Source of the DNA: Camelus dromedarius | Taxonomy: Eukaryota | Direction: 5' to 3' | Length of the DNA: 64,000 nt | Assembly (NCBI RefSeq): GCF_036321535.1 | Contig: NC_087437.1 | Coordinates: forward strand, 96,970,001 to 97,034,000 | Shown here: positions 40,816-54,170 of the stretch, one piece after another | How the letters are laid out: the number at the start of each line of letters is the position of its first letter | How positions within the stretch are numbered: the stretch's first letter is position 1 | The notes under the pieces: model-generated | What the model was told of the DNA's origin: nothing | The model's input: the letters and a program-made list of their open reading frames with translations, nothing else | The model's database searches: none | Translations under genes and position numbers: made by a program

Positions 40816-42315
40816 AAAACCAAGAGAAGATTAGGGGTCTGGATCTCCCTTGGGTACATTATCTTGGCACGTGGTCAATGACACTTCCATTAAGGAATGT
40901 TAAGCTATAGCCTACAAACACTGAAGAAACAAACACTGGCGGGGGGGGGGGGGGTGTCTAACTAATAACCCTAAGACAGTCGTACATAGTACTAGTTTTA
41001 ACTTTTTTTCAAGAATATAATTTCCTTCTGCTATTTTAGGGCATTAACATTTTGTTAATTAATCTGGTAAAATTAATTTGTGTTGTGGTGAAGTCAGGAG
41101 GCAACTCTATCTAGTCTGAGGTAGAGTGGTAACTACACTGGTATGGGGTGATAGGCACAAACCCAAAGAGTAAAGTGAAGAAGATAAGAAAAGTGACTCA
41201 GAAGGAGTTGGAAGTGGTACTTGAGCTAGAGGTTGGTTGAGGTGAAAAAAAAAGCCACTGAAATGCAGTATGTCTGCAGCCGTAAGATTTTTTTAGAAAC
41301 ACATGGTAGGCAGAACACTGGGTGCATGAGATGAGAAATCAGGATGTTTCTAACTGTGGGTGCTAAAGAGAAGAGTAAAGACCAAGGTTGAAATCTGGAG
41401 AGCCTGAGAATATGTAAGTTGTTTTAGTTCATCTTAGAAAAACAAACATACACCCCAAAAAGAAGCCAAAAGGAAAAAAGAAAGAAGAAACACATCCGAA
41501 ATTCTTCCTGTCAAGACAGATTTTGCTCACATTTTATTTTTTCAAATCCAAAGATATAATTGCAATGTTCATTTTTTTCTTTCTAAATCTCCCTTTAAAA
41601 AACTTAACAATATAGCACATGTAACCACGTTAGTGTGTAAATAAATTTACTACATCCATTAAATGGCAAAAGTACCTTTTAAATAATTTTGAAGGAACTA
41701 AAAAAAACTTACCATACTTTCAAGCCATAAGTCAATGGACTTATGACTCCTTCAACCAACATTGTAGAAAAACTGCCTCCAGTAAAAGTACAAACAAGCA
41801 TGAATTTATGTCCCCCTCAGGATTTTTGTACTTTTGGAATATTGAGAAAAAAATTATCTAGAGGTGTTTAAATTCTGAGACTTAGAAGAGATAGAATCCT
41901 CTTTTTCTGCTTGAAGCTACATTGTATCTTTTACAAATCTTTGTTATTAGCATTTCTGTGGAGTACCGTCTGAACAAACCTTGGAGTTGATCCAAACTCC
42001 TGTAGAGCACACCACAAAAGTGATATCTGTTCCAGTTTGTCAACACTAAGCCCTAGTCTAGGTAGACTTCAAGTACAGAAGACTCTAAACTAAGGTTAAT
42101 TTGGGGGTCCATTTATGATCTGGACTTCAGAGTGTCCACGAACTCTACAGACAGTTAAAAAATGCTCTGTATTTGTACATGTGAATTTTTCTAGGAAGAA
42201 AATCATTATTTTCAAAGGAAGCCATAAGCTTAGAAAAATACAAGGAAGTGTGTTCTACAGTATGTAGATTGCTCTCTGATTTCTACCTGGGAATTAAGGC
42301 AAGGAGAATACTCAC

Positions 42316-42462
42316 CCTTGAATCTGTTTCCCAGGCTTGTCCTTGGAAGATCAGGTAGAAAGGGTTTTTATTAATCTTTCATATTCTTCAGGAAAACTTT
42401 CCACCAGAGGAAGTTCATGGAACTTTTCATAGATAGGCATGTAAAAAGGACCCAGAATAAAT
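42316..42462 (-). CDS. Candidate exon C (FILGPFYMPIYEKFHELPLVESFPEEYERLIKTLST*, TGA at 42353-42351)
   Basis: Acceptor tctctAG (weak), perfect donor AGG|GTGAGT, 147 nt, protein-like frame; phase-compatible with candidate exon B. Confidence 0.4.
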
Positions 42463-42761
42463 CTAGAGATTTTGACTAAAGATGGCTAATGATGTGTCAT
42501 TATATTTTGACAAATAGTCTATGGCTCTAGGCCACTTTTAGCCCCTTTCCTACTTTTATTCTCAAGGAATAAACACAATAAATATTCATGACACTTTCAA
42601 AACGAGCTATTAAGCTCTTTCCTTTAAATAATAAAAAAAATTGGTTTTTTTCACTCAATCTCTAAACCAGAAATTCAAACCTCAACATATTTTGATTTAA
42701 AAGGAATAACCACACTTCCTCAAAATCTAAGCTTATGGGTCAAGGCCTTGTGACTTAGATA

Positions 42762-42910
42762 GAGTGTGGTTTCACGGCCTGGGGCAGTCCTTCGAGTCCT
42801 TCAAAATACAGATCTTCAGGTCCCACCCCAGTCCTACTAAGTCACAATCAGTATTTTTAACAAAATCCTTAGGTGAGTTGTACGCACGCACGTTGAAGAT
42901 TAAGAACTAC
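42762..42910. mobile_element. MER5A-type element
   Basis: 'aaaatacagatcttcaggtcccaccccag...tatttttaacaaaatcc...aggtga...aagattaagaactact'. Confidence 0.65.
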
Positions 42911-43261
42911 TATTTGTACTACTTAATTTGCATGTTGTACAGCTCTGTGTGTGTGTGTTCTGGAGAGGCAGAATACAGCTAGGAGGCATAGTATCTACCA
43001 GAATTTTTCTCCCTTTCCGTCTTTGTAAATCTTTGACACTTCCTTTACAAGGACTTGCGTAACTGCTATCAGTTTGGAATTGAGGATCCATCTGGATTCC
43101 CTTAGGTAAAGGATGTCATCCTGTGACTAAGAGTTGTGAGGTCCCTAATTGGGGGGAGTGGGGAGCACCGGTGGGGGTGAAGCCTGGCACTCGGCACAAT
43201 AAATTTCTCCACATGGGCCCTTTCAAGACTATCAGCACCTGGTGGGTTGCCCTGTAATTTT

Positions 43262-43392
43262 TTTTGTTTCTTTGTTTTGGGGGGGTAATTAGGGTTATTT
43301 ATTTATTTATTCGATGGAGGTACTGGCTATTGAACCTGGGACCTTGTGCATGCTAAGCATGTGCTCTACCACTGAGCTATACCCTCCTCCCC
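43262..43392 (-). mobile_element. tRNA-Ala-derived camelid SINE (Vic-1 type)
   Basis: Reverse complement GGGGAGGAGGGTATAGCTCAGTGGTAGAGCACATGCTTAGCATGCACAAGGTCCCAGGTTCAATAGCCAGTACCTCCA has A and B boxes and an AGC anticodon, followed by an A-rich tail; perfect 14-bp duplication tgccctgtaatttt (43248-43261, 43393-43406) at a TT/AAAA site. Confidence 0.92.
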
Positions 43393-44249
43393 TGCCCTGT
43401 AATTTTAAGCAAGGCATAAGATCTCTAAATTGTGTTTCTTTAGGATTTAATTTTTTCATTTAATTTATTATAAGGATGTGGCTTTAGTTTTGAATGTATC
43501 CCTTTTGTTTGTAGAATACCAATCAGAATGTGGATTTCTGGAAAATACTAAGAAATATCACTGATTGAAATGTATGATTGGCTAGAATATGTAAAATGCA
43601 TCTATAAAACTTTAATAGTCAAGCCATTTTCAATGGGGTAGTTCCAATTCTGAATGTGTGAACAATTACCTTGAAATCAGCTACTAAACTTTTTCTATAT
43701 TATAGTCAAAGCATGTTTAAATCATTCATTCCATTGTATTCTACTTTGTAGATAACGTTAAAATATAAGAATAATAAATAGGTTATATTGATATTCTAGA
43801 AATTAAGAAAATAGGTTATCAATGAAAAATCTGAAGTTAAACAAAAGGAATCTTTTGCAGGTAATTTTTTGTTAAGCTTATTCTTGAGTTGTACAAATCT
43901 TTTAATTTTTTGCCTATTTCCATTTCTGCATTGCTCAAAAATCTATCCTATTGGGTTCTAGAAAGCAATGGTGAAAGCAAATCCTTCTATCCACAATCTG
44001 ACTTTTTTCTTTATCCAAAAATAAGGCCAATGATAGATGCCACATAATTGTTTTGAGTAGTTTTTAAAGTTAACATTTATTGATTTTTACTTATGATTTG
44101 TCAGACACTCTTATGAGCAGTTTACAATATGTGAACAGTTCTCAAACTTAGAGGATAGACGATTATTTAAATTCTGTACCTACTTTTCCTTTCCTATAAA
44201 GTGGCCACAAGACCCTAGTGGAAGATGAAGTAATTGGTGTATTGTTAAC

Positions 44250-44372
44250 TAGTCAGAAATGCAAACTCTCAGGCCCCATTCTGGAAACTCTGGGGTGGGG
44301 TTCAGCCTTCTGTAGTTTAACAAGCTCTCCTAGTGTTTCTGATGCACAATGAAGTATGAAAACCCCGGTTCT
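44250..44372. mobile_element. MER5A element fragment
   Basis: 'agaaatgcaaactctcaggcccca...gaaactctggggtgggg...tttaacaagctctcc...ttctgatgcaca'. Confidence 0.8.
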
Positions 44373-44603
44373 AAGTAAAGTCTGTAACAATTGTTCACTG
44401 GAGATCTTTAAGAAAACTTGCTTTGGGGAGGCGAGGACTGTAACCACATTGCATAGGATTAAGGAATGAAAAAGCAAAGTAATGGAGGTGAAGAGGTATC
44501 AAGAACAGATTACTGTTCTAGTGAAAGGAATTGAGAAGGAAATTGAAGAGACTACCAGGAGAATGGGATTTAGAAAAAAAACATAGTTGAAAAGAAGTAA
44601 GAA

Positions 44604-44901
44604 CAAAAAGAAATAAACAAATAGGACCTAACTAAATGTAAAAACTTTTGCACAGCAAAGGAAACCACTGACAAAATGAAAAGACAGCCTACTGAATGGG
44701 AGAAAAGATTTGCAAATGATATGACCGATAAGGGGTTGATATCCAACATATATAAATATCTCATACAACTCAACATCAAAAAAAAACCACAATTAAAAAA
44801 TGGGCATAAGAACTGAATAGACATTTTTCCAAAGCGGAAATATAGATGGCCAACAGACACATGAAAAATGCTCATCACTAATCATCAGAGAAATGCAAAT
44901 C
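44604..44901 (+). mobile_element. L1 ORF2 internal fragment (C-terminal region)
   Basis: Translates to [48 protein letters not shown], a typical L1 ORF2 segment, with stops and a frameshift nearby. Confidence 0.92.
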
Positions 44902-47565
44902 TAGGTAGATTTCGAAGGCTAATATCCAAGCTTAAAGCCCTTAGACAGGAGATTAGGCGTTCTTTCTGAGAGAATCTGAACCATCCCTTAGAAAAGACCC
45001 ACAGACACTGACAGTTAAGGAGCTGGAACCAAGTAAATGGAGGAGGATGCTAGGAAGTCCTCACCTGCATAGATCAGAGTCACCTGCTAAATGAGTTTAC
45101 GAGCCTCAACTGCCATTTTTTTCTGAAAGAAATTTTCAAAGGCAGAGTAATTTTAAAATTACAAGAAAGCATTTATGAGAATGAATGCCTAGAATTTTCA
45201 GATTTATGCTCTGAAATAACAAGTAGATTTCCTGAGAAGTATTGTGTGAGGCATGCTGTTCAAATGACACTGTAAATGTTAAAACACATTCAAGTGCAGT
45301 GAAGAGCTTTTTAAATCAGTGGGGCATTTTGGTTAATGCTTCAATATCAGATAAGGGATGAGTTTCATTTCAAATGTTATATTCCACAGGGGAGAAGGCA
45401 AACATTGTTCTCCAAGTATCCGTAAGCACCTGTTTTTAAATGTCCTGGGTGGCACTGGGGGAAAAAAAAGCCCTAAATGAGTACATGCCTAAAATAACAT
45501 TTTCTACTTATTTTTCAAGATATCTTTATACTGGAGTAATCTTATGTAAATTATACCTAAAGCTCTTCAATTAGAGGTTTCCATTTATTACTTCTGCTTT
45601 ACTTGACTATTTAAAAAAGATATGCAAACTAGTTAATCGTTTAATGCCTTATGGCATTTCTTAAGTTTTTATTTATTTGTGTCAAATTTTTCCAACAAGT
45701 GTATAAAATAAGGACAAGAAAGATATATTATATTTCCTGTGAATTTCTCATAGCATCTAGAATAGATCCAAACAATAGATTAAAAAAAAATAGATTAGCT
45801 CACCTAAAATAAATTATTCCATTACGGGATTTATAAGTCAAGCATATAAAATGACCAATCTTTAACAACAACAAAACAACAACAACAAAATTATCTTTAC
45901 AGATTGAATACAACAATTGAAGAATAAAAATAATTTATATATAGAAGTGTAAAACAATCATTTTTCCAAATACTATAAATGCATGTCCTCTTTATAGCGA
46001 AATATTTTTATTCATTCATTGTGACACCACAGAAGGCTCCAGTTACACAGTGGTGAACAAGACACAACTGGTCACTCCTACATGCCCCTTATAGTATACA
46101 ATATATTGATATGAATTGAGGATTCAGATTTGCCCCAGGGATAGAAAGCATAGTGAATAGAACCAGAGTTTTGGGCTTAGCCCTCTGCTTTGACACTTGC
46201 TGATTGACTCTTACGTAGTATATTGAATATAGGTGACATTTCTGGCAGCCATACGGAAGCTATTTCATTTCTCATTCTCCATACACTCATGAGATGACAA
46301 AAGCCAAATAATTTAACCTTTTGTGGCAAAACTAGCCTAGAAACATACCTGAAAGCAACTACTATTTTAAAAAAGCTACTATAGGAATTACATGATCTTT
46401 CCTAAACAAAAAATTACTTTTTTTTTTAACTAAACAGAAAACAACAAAACCATGGAATCTATGAAATGTGTGAAAGCTAAAATATATACAACAGTTAAAT
46501 AAAAACATTAATTAAAACTAACTTGCACACAAGTTTTATGAAACTCTTAATAACCATTTCTTTAGCTGTGTATATTTTTTTAAAAATTATACAAGACGTT
46601 TTGTGTAAATGCAAACAAGTGAGTTATAGAATGCATGTAAAAACCATAAAATATGTAGCTTCTGCATTTTTAGCTCACATGAGACACCCTATTTATTATA
46701 TTCAACTTTAATTATATTAGTATAAATTAGTATATGCATGATCATAGGAAAAATACGATTGTAAGAAGCAAATTTTAGAGATTATTATTATATATTGAGT
46801 ACTGTGAGAGAGCAAATCTCTTTTAATTAAAGGCTCTATTTCAAATTAGGATCCACAGGATATAATAATAATAATGTGTGCTGAGAAGAAAACTTAAGAA
46901 GTTAATGCACTGATAAAAATAAAGATTTAATTAAATTCATAAATATTGCAAACAGCAACAGTAATGGTAATTCAGCTCCTAACAGTAGTGGTTATAGCAT
47001 TCCGCATACATCACATTGCTCTTACATAGTCCCAGAGAGAACTACTTGTGGTCCCCCATCCAATTGGGTCCATCAAGTTCCTAAAACCAAGCTAAAATTG
47101 TAAAATTTGGATTAGAAAGTTTCACCACTTCATACAAAGGATGGGGATGGAATAGTGGGAGGAGGGGGGCAACTGAAGCAGCACTGGAAAAAACATGGCC
47201 AGATTTGTGTCCAATTTGCCTTCTAAAGTGCTTTACATCCTATATCCCAGAGTAGGATTTCCAGATCTCTGCTTCTGAACCATCCTCTGCCTCCAGAGAA
47301 GAAAGGAAGAAACCCTCCCACTCTCAACTGCCTCCTTTTCCACTTTGTTCTCAAACTACCACTTTGAGGTCCTTAGAAATAAACCATCGATGGTCAGACA
47401 AGGCTAATTACTACTACCATGGCAATACTCACTGTTTATTGATTATTTTCGCTGATTTTGGAAGCTCTAAGCTAGTTAGAAATTGAATTTGTTTTAAAAA
47501 GCAAACCCCATCCAAAGTGTGGGAGTATTCTGAAATCTATGCCCCTGTCTACCTAGGAGATTTAC

Positions 47566-47626
47566 CTTGGTAGGTCAAATAAACTCTTCATCAAACTTTG
47601 TGCAGAAATAAAGGCATTATTTGGGT
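47566..47626 (-). CDS. Candidate exon B (PNNAFISAQSLMKSLFDLP), 61 nt, phase 1 to 2
   Basis: Acceptor gctttggtctAG, donor AAG|GTAAAT, open frame that joins candidate exons A and C in frame. Confidence 0.3.
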
Positions 47627-47654
47627 CTAGACCAAAGCATAGTGCTTATTGGGC

Positions 47655-47868
47655 TAAGTCACAAAATGGCGGCCTTGCTTTCAGCCAGTTGCTTAGGGAT
47701 TTTATTTGGCCCACATCCAGCTTTTTAAATTTTTAAATTGCATGTCTTTAGTTGGTGCCTAAATTCTTCAGATTATTAGGTGCTTCTGCTCACACCATCT
47801 TCCACTAGGAGCCTCACATGTTTAAGATACCTGTTTGACCCCTGAGGCATTTGAATTTGCAGTTCCCA
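47655..47868. mobile_element. MER102-type hAT-Charlie element
   Basis: 'aaatggcggcc...ttttatttggcccaca...tacctgtttgacccctgaggcatttgaatttgca'. Confidence 0.6.
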
Positions 47869-50417
47869 CATTGACTAACAATATTGCATGGTCCTCAGGA
47901 GAGAGGGAGAGAGGAGTATTTTGGCCTATGTCAGAATTTTTTCAACTTCATAGCAGCCAAAGAAATGGAGTTAGTAAAATTTATTTTTAAAATTCTTTTT
48001 TAATATGGAAAGAAAATACTTTGAAGAATTACAAAATTTTGAGATACACTGGACAAATCCATGGATAAAGATTTTACAGAATTTTTTTCAGACTTGCTGG
48101 GCCTTATTTAGTAATATATAAAAGCCTGTTTTTATCAAATCATATCATAAAATATTTATTATAATAAGAATCCATTTTATTTCCTCTCATGAAATGTTTA
48201 ATGTTTTATATTTTTATTATAAGATATAAAAATCATTTTGTTAATCATACAATGAAGAGTACACAGTTTAAAAAACTGTGTAGAGAATATATGAGCAAAA
48301 AAGTCAGACCACAGCAAAACATAGCTCTAAAGTAAGACAAATAATAATAGTAAACATTTACAAAAAGTGCTTATCATTTATGCCTGCTTACTCTGAAGCA
48401 CACTAATTATTATATGTCCAATTAAAATGTATCCAACTAATTTTGTTTTGTCTAATATTAACATTAACCTGCTTATTTAAAATTTTAGTTTCAAGTCTGT
48501 TGAATACAAATGTTTTGGGGTTTCTTTTGTTTTTTGTTTTTTAATTTGTTTTTACCATTACTGTTTATGGAATGAGTAAAGGAATAGGAGGCGGGAGTAC
48601 AGAAACCAACAAAGAAACCCGAACCTCCTCTATGTTTTTGGTAAATACTATTTAATTGGATTTCGCTTTTAACAACTTATTTTTACAGTAATGCAAAAAT
48701 CAGGTGCTTTTTTTGTCTTTGAAAATCTTGTTTATATCATATGTGTTTAATTTTCAGTTAAATTATATTCTAAGTAGATTGGCAATTTGTCACCAGTTAT
48801 TAGGGTTTCCAAAGTCATCTATCAATAACTAATCTGAAGAGTCATTTTGAGTTAAAGCTGTCCTCTTTACGGTACTCTAAAATCTAAATGTCCTCACCTG
48901 CATTTGCTCCCCTGGGAAATTTTATGCTACAAAAAACATGCTTTTCAACACCTTTGTCAGTTTCTCAATAAAAGTGTGTTACCATAAAAAAAAAACCCTG
49001 TGAAAGTTTGCTCTGTCTAACATATGAAAATATGTGTCATTTCATCTGCATTAAATGCATTCTGAAATGTTATATATGCCATGTTCATAAAATAGAAATA
49101 TTATCAGAGAACAAATCAATAAACTATTGATGAAATTCTGTCACTGCTGAGGATAAAGACTTTCTTAACCATTATTAGTTATTTTTGAACACATCAACAA
49201 GATTCAAAAATAAAATCAATAATAGAATTAATTTTAGAAAAGTGTGCTTATGTGCTGATAATAAAGCAAATAAGAAGTAAACTGACTTGATTAAGTTTTT
49301 CAGGCAAAAAATAATTGAAATAAGTTTAAAAGCTAGTTTGTCTTCAATGATAGATGAGATATAGGATATGAAATAAACCATTTGACTAATTTTTTTTTTC
49401 ACTTTTCAATAGGCTATTTGAGCCTTGGGAAACGCAGAATCAGAATTAATTAACAATATTCCACTGTCAGTGCTTTAATTTGGCTTGAACTCAAGACTTC
49501 TTGCTACATACTAGAAATTTCATGGTTCTGCTCAGACAATCCAAGTTCACTGTTTTATTGTGCAATATTAATTAAATATGAAGCTATGTTATTATGATAA
49601 TGTTTTGCAAGTTGTACTTGAAATAAGAATCATTAGCCAGGACATTTGGATCACAGTGAACTAATGTCTCAATAATAATTGTCAAACTGCCTAATTAAAA
49701 TTTGGTCATCACTGAGAACTTCAGCTCATAGCCCAATTATACAACCAGATATACTTAAACATTGTACTTGCTATATACTAAACATACAAGAAATTAACCC
49801 CAGATACTTTCAAATTATATTATACATACCAGTGTTATAGAGTAAAAATCTTAATAGCTTATTCATTTTCCTAATAGTTTCAAAAATACCTGTAATAGTT
49901 ATATTTACAGTATTTAGAGCAGTAGGAAAGGGGAACAAAATGGCATAGTTCACTCATGTGGAGAACACACTTGATATACATATTAGGTAAGTGAAATATA
50001 GTTAGTTTTAAAAAGTACTAAAGTGTTTTGGTGGTTGGGGACAAAGATGAGCTCATATTATATTACCAATTGATATGACATGGAAAACAACTTTATGGCT
50101 AAGCTCATAGTCTTGGCCATTGATAGTGTCGAGATCCAAAGGCAGTGAGTGACTCTCTTACAAGACAATGGGATATGAAGTTAAGGAGCTTTATTCCTAA
50201 ACCTTGAAAATGTTGTACACCTAAAATATTTACTGGCACTGTCTCACTGTTGCTCCAAAACATTTATGCTATTGGGATTTGGGTAGAGTGAGGCAGAATC
50301 TGGGACACATGATGGAGAGGTGTCTGTGACCTAGGACTTTGGAAATTCAGCTTAGAAGATATGAAAGGGATGATAGAGGTATTACAGAAGTTGTGGGCAC
50401 AACATGACATCAGGCAT

Positions 50418-50553
50418 GATTCAAACCTTAGCTTAGTCAATTTCTGGCTATGAACTTTGGGCACGTAATCTAACTCATTTAAACTTCAGTTTTTCATCTG
50501 CAAGATGGAATAATAATATCTCCTATCCTGTGTTGTTGTGAGGATTAAAATAG
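50418..50553 (+). mobile_element. MIR SINE fragment
   Basis: 'ttcaaacctt...ctatgaactttgggca...cttcagtttttcatctgcaagatggaataataata...gttgttgtgaggattaaa'. Confidence 0.8.
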
Positions 50554-50829
50554 TATACATTCATATTTTCTTTGAAAGTAGGTTGTTATTAGGACTTCCA
50601 ACTACAGTTGTAAGTGACTACAATGAGAAATGATGATAGGAATGCAGAGTATGAAAAAAAGAATCAGGAAGCTGGGAATAAGAAAGGAAAAAATTGGGGG
50701 GAAAATGTGGAGTTTATATTTAATTTCTATTTCCTTTTTACACACTTTTCAGCTGGGATCCAGCTTTGGCTCCCATAAGTACACTGAAAAAAATAGTTTT
50801 ATCAGATGTAATTTGTGACCTTTAACCAG

Positions 50830-53716
50830 CAGATCCAGAGCAATGCCACTTTCTGGTCCACACTTAATTCATCTCTGCAGCATTTGACTCTACTGATCAC
50901 TTTTCTTTCTAGTACACTCTCCTGGTTCTTCTCATTTGACTTCACCTCAGCGCAGTGCTGGCTCTGACTTTTTCAGTTGTGCTCTAAATGTCACTACTTA
51001 TTTCCAAAACATTTTCTCCTTGGTCATCTTTAATTAAATTTTATTTTATTCCATTTAGCTCAACTAACTAAACATTCATTGAGTATACTGATGTCCAGCA
51101 CCAAGTGAAGCATGGTTGGCTGGGAAAGTATGTTTAAAGATACTTGTGACTCATTCTTTGCCCTGAGGAAAGTTTTATTTAGTGGAGGATACAAAAAACT
51201 ACATTTTTCTCTTTTCATCTATTAATGGATGATCTGAAGGCTTTAATAAGCACCTAATTAAGATGAACTTCACTTCACATATTTATCTCTACCCTCGACC
51301 TTTATCCCAAACTCCAGATTCAAATTCCAAATACTCTCTGGACAGATACCATATGTCTCACTATGTTTCATATTAAGTATTTTCAAAGTGACATCATTAT
51401 ATCTTTCTCTCAATAGGGTTTCTTCTTTCTATACCTGAGCTCAAGTTAGTAGTCACATGATCTTTCCTGTTATCAAGCCAGAAACTTCCTGTTTTCCTTC
51501 CCTCTTTGAATTGTTCCAAACACTTTCAAAATCTTTCTCCAAAAAGTCTCCCATCTTTACTCTCCAGTCCATTTCCACTGGTCACTGCCCAAATTCAGAC
51601 TGTCATCATTTCTCAAATCAGAACAGACATAATAGCTTCTCTGATTTTCACCAAGCCCTTTTATACAATGCTGCCTGTTTAATTTTTCAATGTGCAATTC
51701 TGGTCATGTCCCTCACTGTTCAAAAATTTTCCCATAGAGCATAGCCTATAAAATAAAACCTGGTATCTTTTACACAGAACTAAAATATTCCATCATTTGG
51801 CACAGCTCTCCCTTTTTCACAGTCTTTCCCCACTTTCTCCTTTGCTCACTATTTCAGCAGCAGTTGTCAATTTCAGGCCTTTCAGCGCTAAATGCCTTTG
51901 CTTATACAATCTCTCACCTCAACATCTAACGTCTTCGGCTTGCTCTATAATTAAGTCATAGCTATTCTTCAAGTCTCAGCTCACATCTACTTACACTTGG
52001 AGAATCTGCCCTCACTTCCTCTTCCAGTTACAGTCAGAATTAATGGCAAATTTCTTTCTGCATCCATAAATATTTGTTCCTCCCTTTATTTATTCAACCA
52101 CAGGTTATGATCAGTCAACTATCTGTCATTACTTCTAGCTACTCAGGTGAAGGCAGGAGCCTTAAGTACAGGAGCATCATAGACATCTGTTGGTTAGGAC
52201 AAAGCCAATAAAGGAGGACTACTGAAATGCTAAATAATCTTTGGAAAGACTTGATGAAGAATATGATACACCTCACCTCTCCCTTTTTCTGCTCCCCAGG
52301 GAGCCTCATTTACTGTCATGACTTCAATTGGCAGCTACATACCAAGACAACAAAATCAATCCTGTAGCCCAGAGCTCTTTCCTGAACTATACATTCCACC
52401 TGGATATATCACACAGGTTCTTCAATCTTCCCATCTATGAACTCAGCTACCTCTTCCCTAAACCTGACTTCTCTTCCTGAATGTTTTCTCTATTTGTGGT
52501 ACCAGTACTCAAGCACTTGCCCAAGGGAAAAATTTGGAGTCATCCCTGATCCCTCCTTTTTTTTTTTTTAACTCACACATCCTACGTATTTTATCTCTTA
52601 AATATTTTAAAAGCATTCTATTCCACTTTGTCACTGTTATCAACTAAGTGTTTGTGTCCTTCCTAAACTCATACATTAAGATATTAACCCACAAGGTGAT
52701 GGTATTAGGGGGAAGGGCCCTTGGGAGGTGATTAGGCCTTGAGGGTATCTCATGAATAGGATTAGTGTCTTTATAAAAGGGACCCCTTAGGGCTCTCTTG
52801 CCCTTTCCACTATGTGAGGACACAGCAAAAGACAGTGAAAATCTGCCTATGAACCAGGAATTGGACCCTCACCAGACACTGAATCTACTGGTACCTTGAT
52901 CTTGGACTTCTCAGCCTCCAGAACTGTGAGAAGTAAGTTTTCGTTGCTTGTAAATCAGTCTATACTATTTTGTTATAGTATTCAAAAACAGCGCTAAAGA
53001 CAGTAGTTGCTGACTAAGACAGTGACTGATACACATTCATGATTCAGGTCTTCATTATTTTGTACATAATCTACTAACCACGCTTCTCTTCTTTGACCCA
53101 TTTCTTCTAAAATCTCCATCACTGCTATAATGCTTTACATAAAATGCAAATCTGACACCCCCACCTGCTTTAGATTCTTTTGTAGTTTCCTGTTCATCTA
53201 TGGAATTGAGTCTAGTTCCTTCAACACATTGCGAAAGACATCCCATGTCCTTCCTCACTGACCACACTGGGCTCATTTCTGTTTACTCCATGCCTCACAC
53301 TTGATGATTCAGCTCCATAAACTGCACAGTCTTTTCTTTCCTGCCTCCTTGACTCTGTTCACACTGTTCTTTGTTCCTGGTTCCTGGTATGTCTTTTCTT
53401 CTATCCACTGCACTTCTCTTCCCTTGATCTTTCTGTTTTGCTAATGCTTGGATTAAGTCTCGATGAACCACTACATTCATAGGGAAGATCTGCAACTTTT
53501 TGAAATTGGGTTGAGAATTCCTCACTCTACTCCCATTGGCATTACCCTATCCTTCCTGTTTGATCAAGTTTATTTTTATAACCTGGAAAAATCTGATTTC
53601 CTTAAGGGTGGGGAACATATCCCAGTTATCTTTGAATCTACAGTGCCTCAATAATTAGGTGTTCAATAAAGGTCTACAGGAGGAAGAAAGGAAGGAAGGA
53701 AGGAAGGAAGGAAGGA
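50830..53716 (+). mobile_element. Cluster of L2 fragments (mostly +), hosting an MLT1A LTR and ending in a (GGAA)n tail
   Basis: Repeated L2 motifs ('tcttcaagtctcagctcacatc', 'aaaatttggagtcatccctga', 'aaaatgcaaatctgaca', 'cagtgcctcaataattaggtgttcaataaa'); (GGAA)6 at 53690-53713. Confidence 0.65.
52635..53021 (+). mobile_element. MaLR MLT1A-type solo LTR
   Basis: 'tgtttgtgtcc...gtgatggtattagg...gggaggtgattagg...ttataaaaggg...caccagacactgaatct...ccttgatcttggacttctcagcctccagaactgtgaga...gactaagaca'; near 5-bp duplication gtcac/gtgac. Confidence 0.9.
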
Positions 53717-54091
53717 CAGACGGACAGAGCTAATGAATCACTCTACGGTGACATGGTCAGTTGGCTTGTCAGAAAAATTACTCTGGCCTCAGAACAGAGC
53801 TCTCCAAATGTGCATTTCATGGACATTGTAACTTTCTAATTTGGCCCATTCAGAACCAAACATTCCCAGAAACTGGATGAAATACTGTACCCATTTCAGA
53901 GAATTTTCTCTGAGTCAGTTTAGACTAACCAGACAGGTTCCATTAACACGTAAGTGAAATTGACAATCTGGATGACAAGGCTATTATTACAGTTAAAAGA
54001 AGTCTAGCTACCCATTTAAAAGTGGCAGTTTCTATGGCTAATCAATCATTGATTTCTCATTACTTCAGTCAAAAGTTTTTCTGTATCTTAC

Positions 54092-54170
54092 AGCCTACGA
54101 AATGCTCCATTACTCTTTGTATTTTAGCATTTTTTAAGAAATTATATATCATCTTTCATCACTAGGATAT
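54092..54170 (-). CDS. Candidate exon A (79 nt; ATG at 54152 gives MIYNFLKNAKIQRVMEHFVG, ends in phase 1)
   Basis: Strong acceptor ttttctcttgtgtAG and donor GCT|GTAAGA; no frame is open across the whole exon. Confidence 0.4.

Noticed and set aside
43310..43392. Possible tRNA-Ala(AGC) gene
   Set aside because: Has an A-rich tail, a 14-bp target duplication and stem mismatches, so it is a SINE.
44570..44878. 102-aa minus-strand ORF
   Set aside because: Antisense reading of an L1 ORF2 fragment.
47663..47673. YY1-like AAAATGGCGGC
   Set aside because: Isolated, no CpG island, and falls at the end of a MER102-type element.
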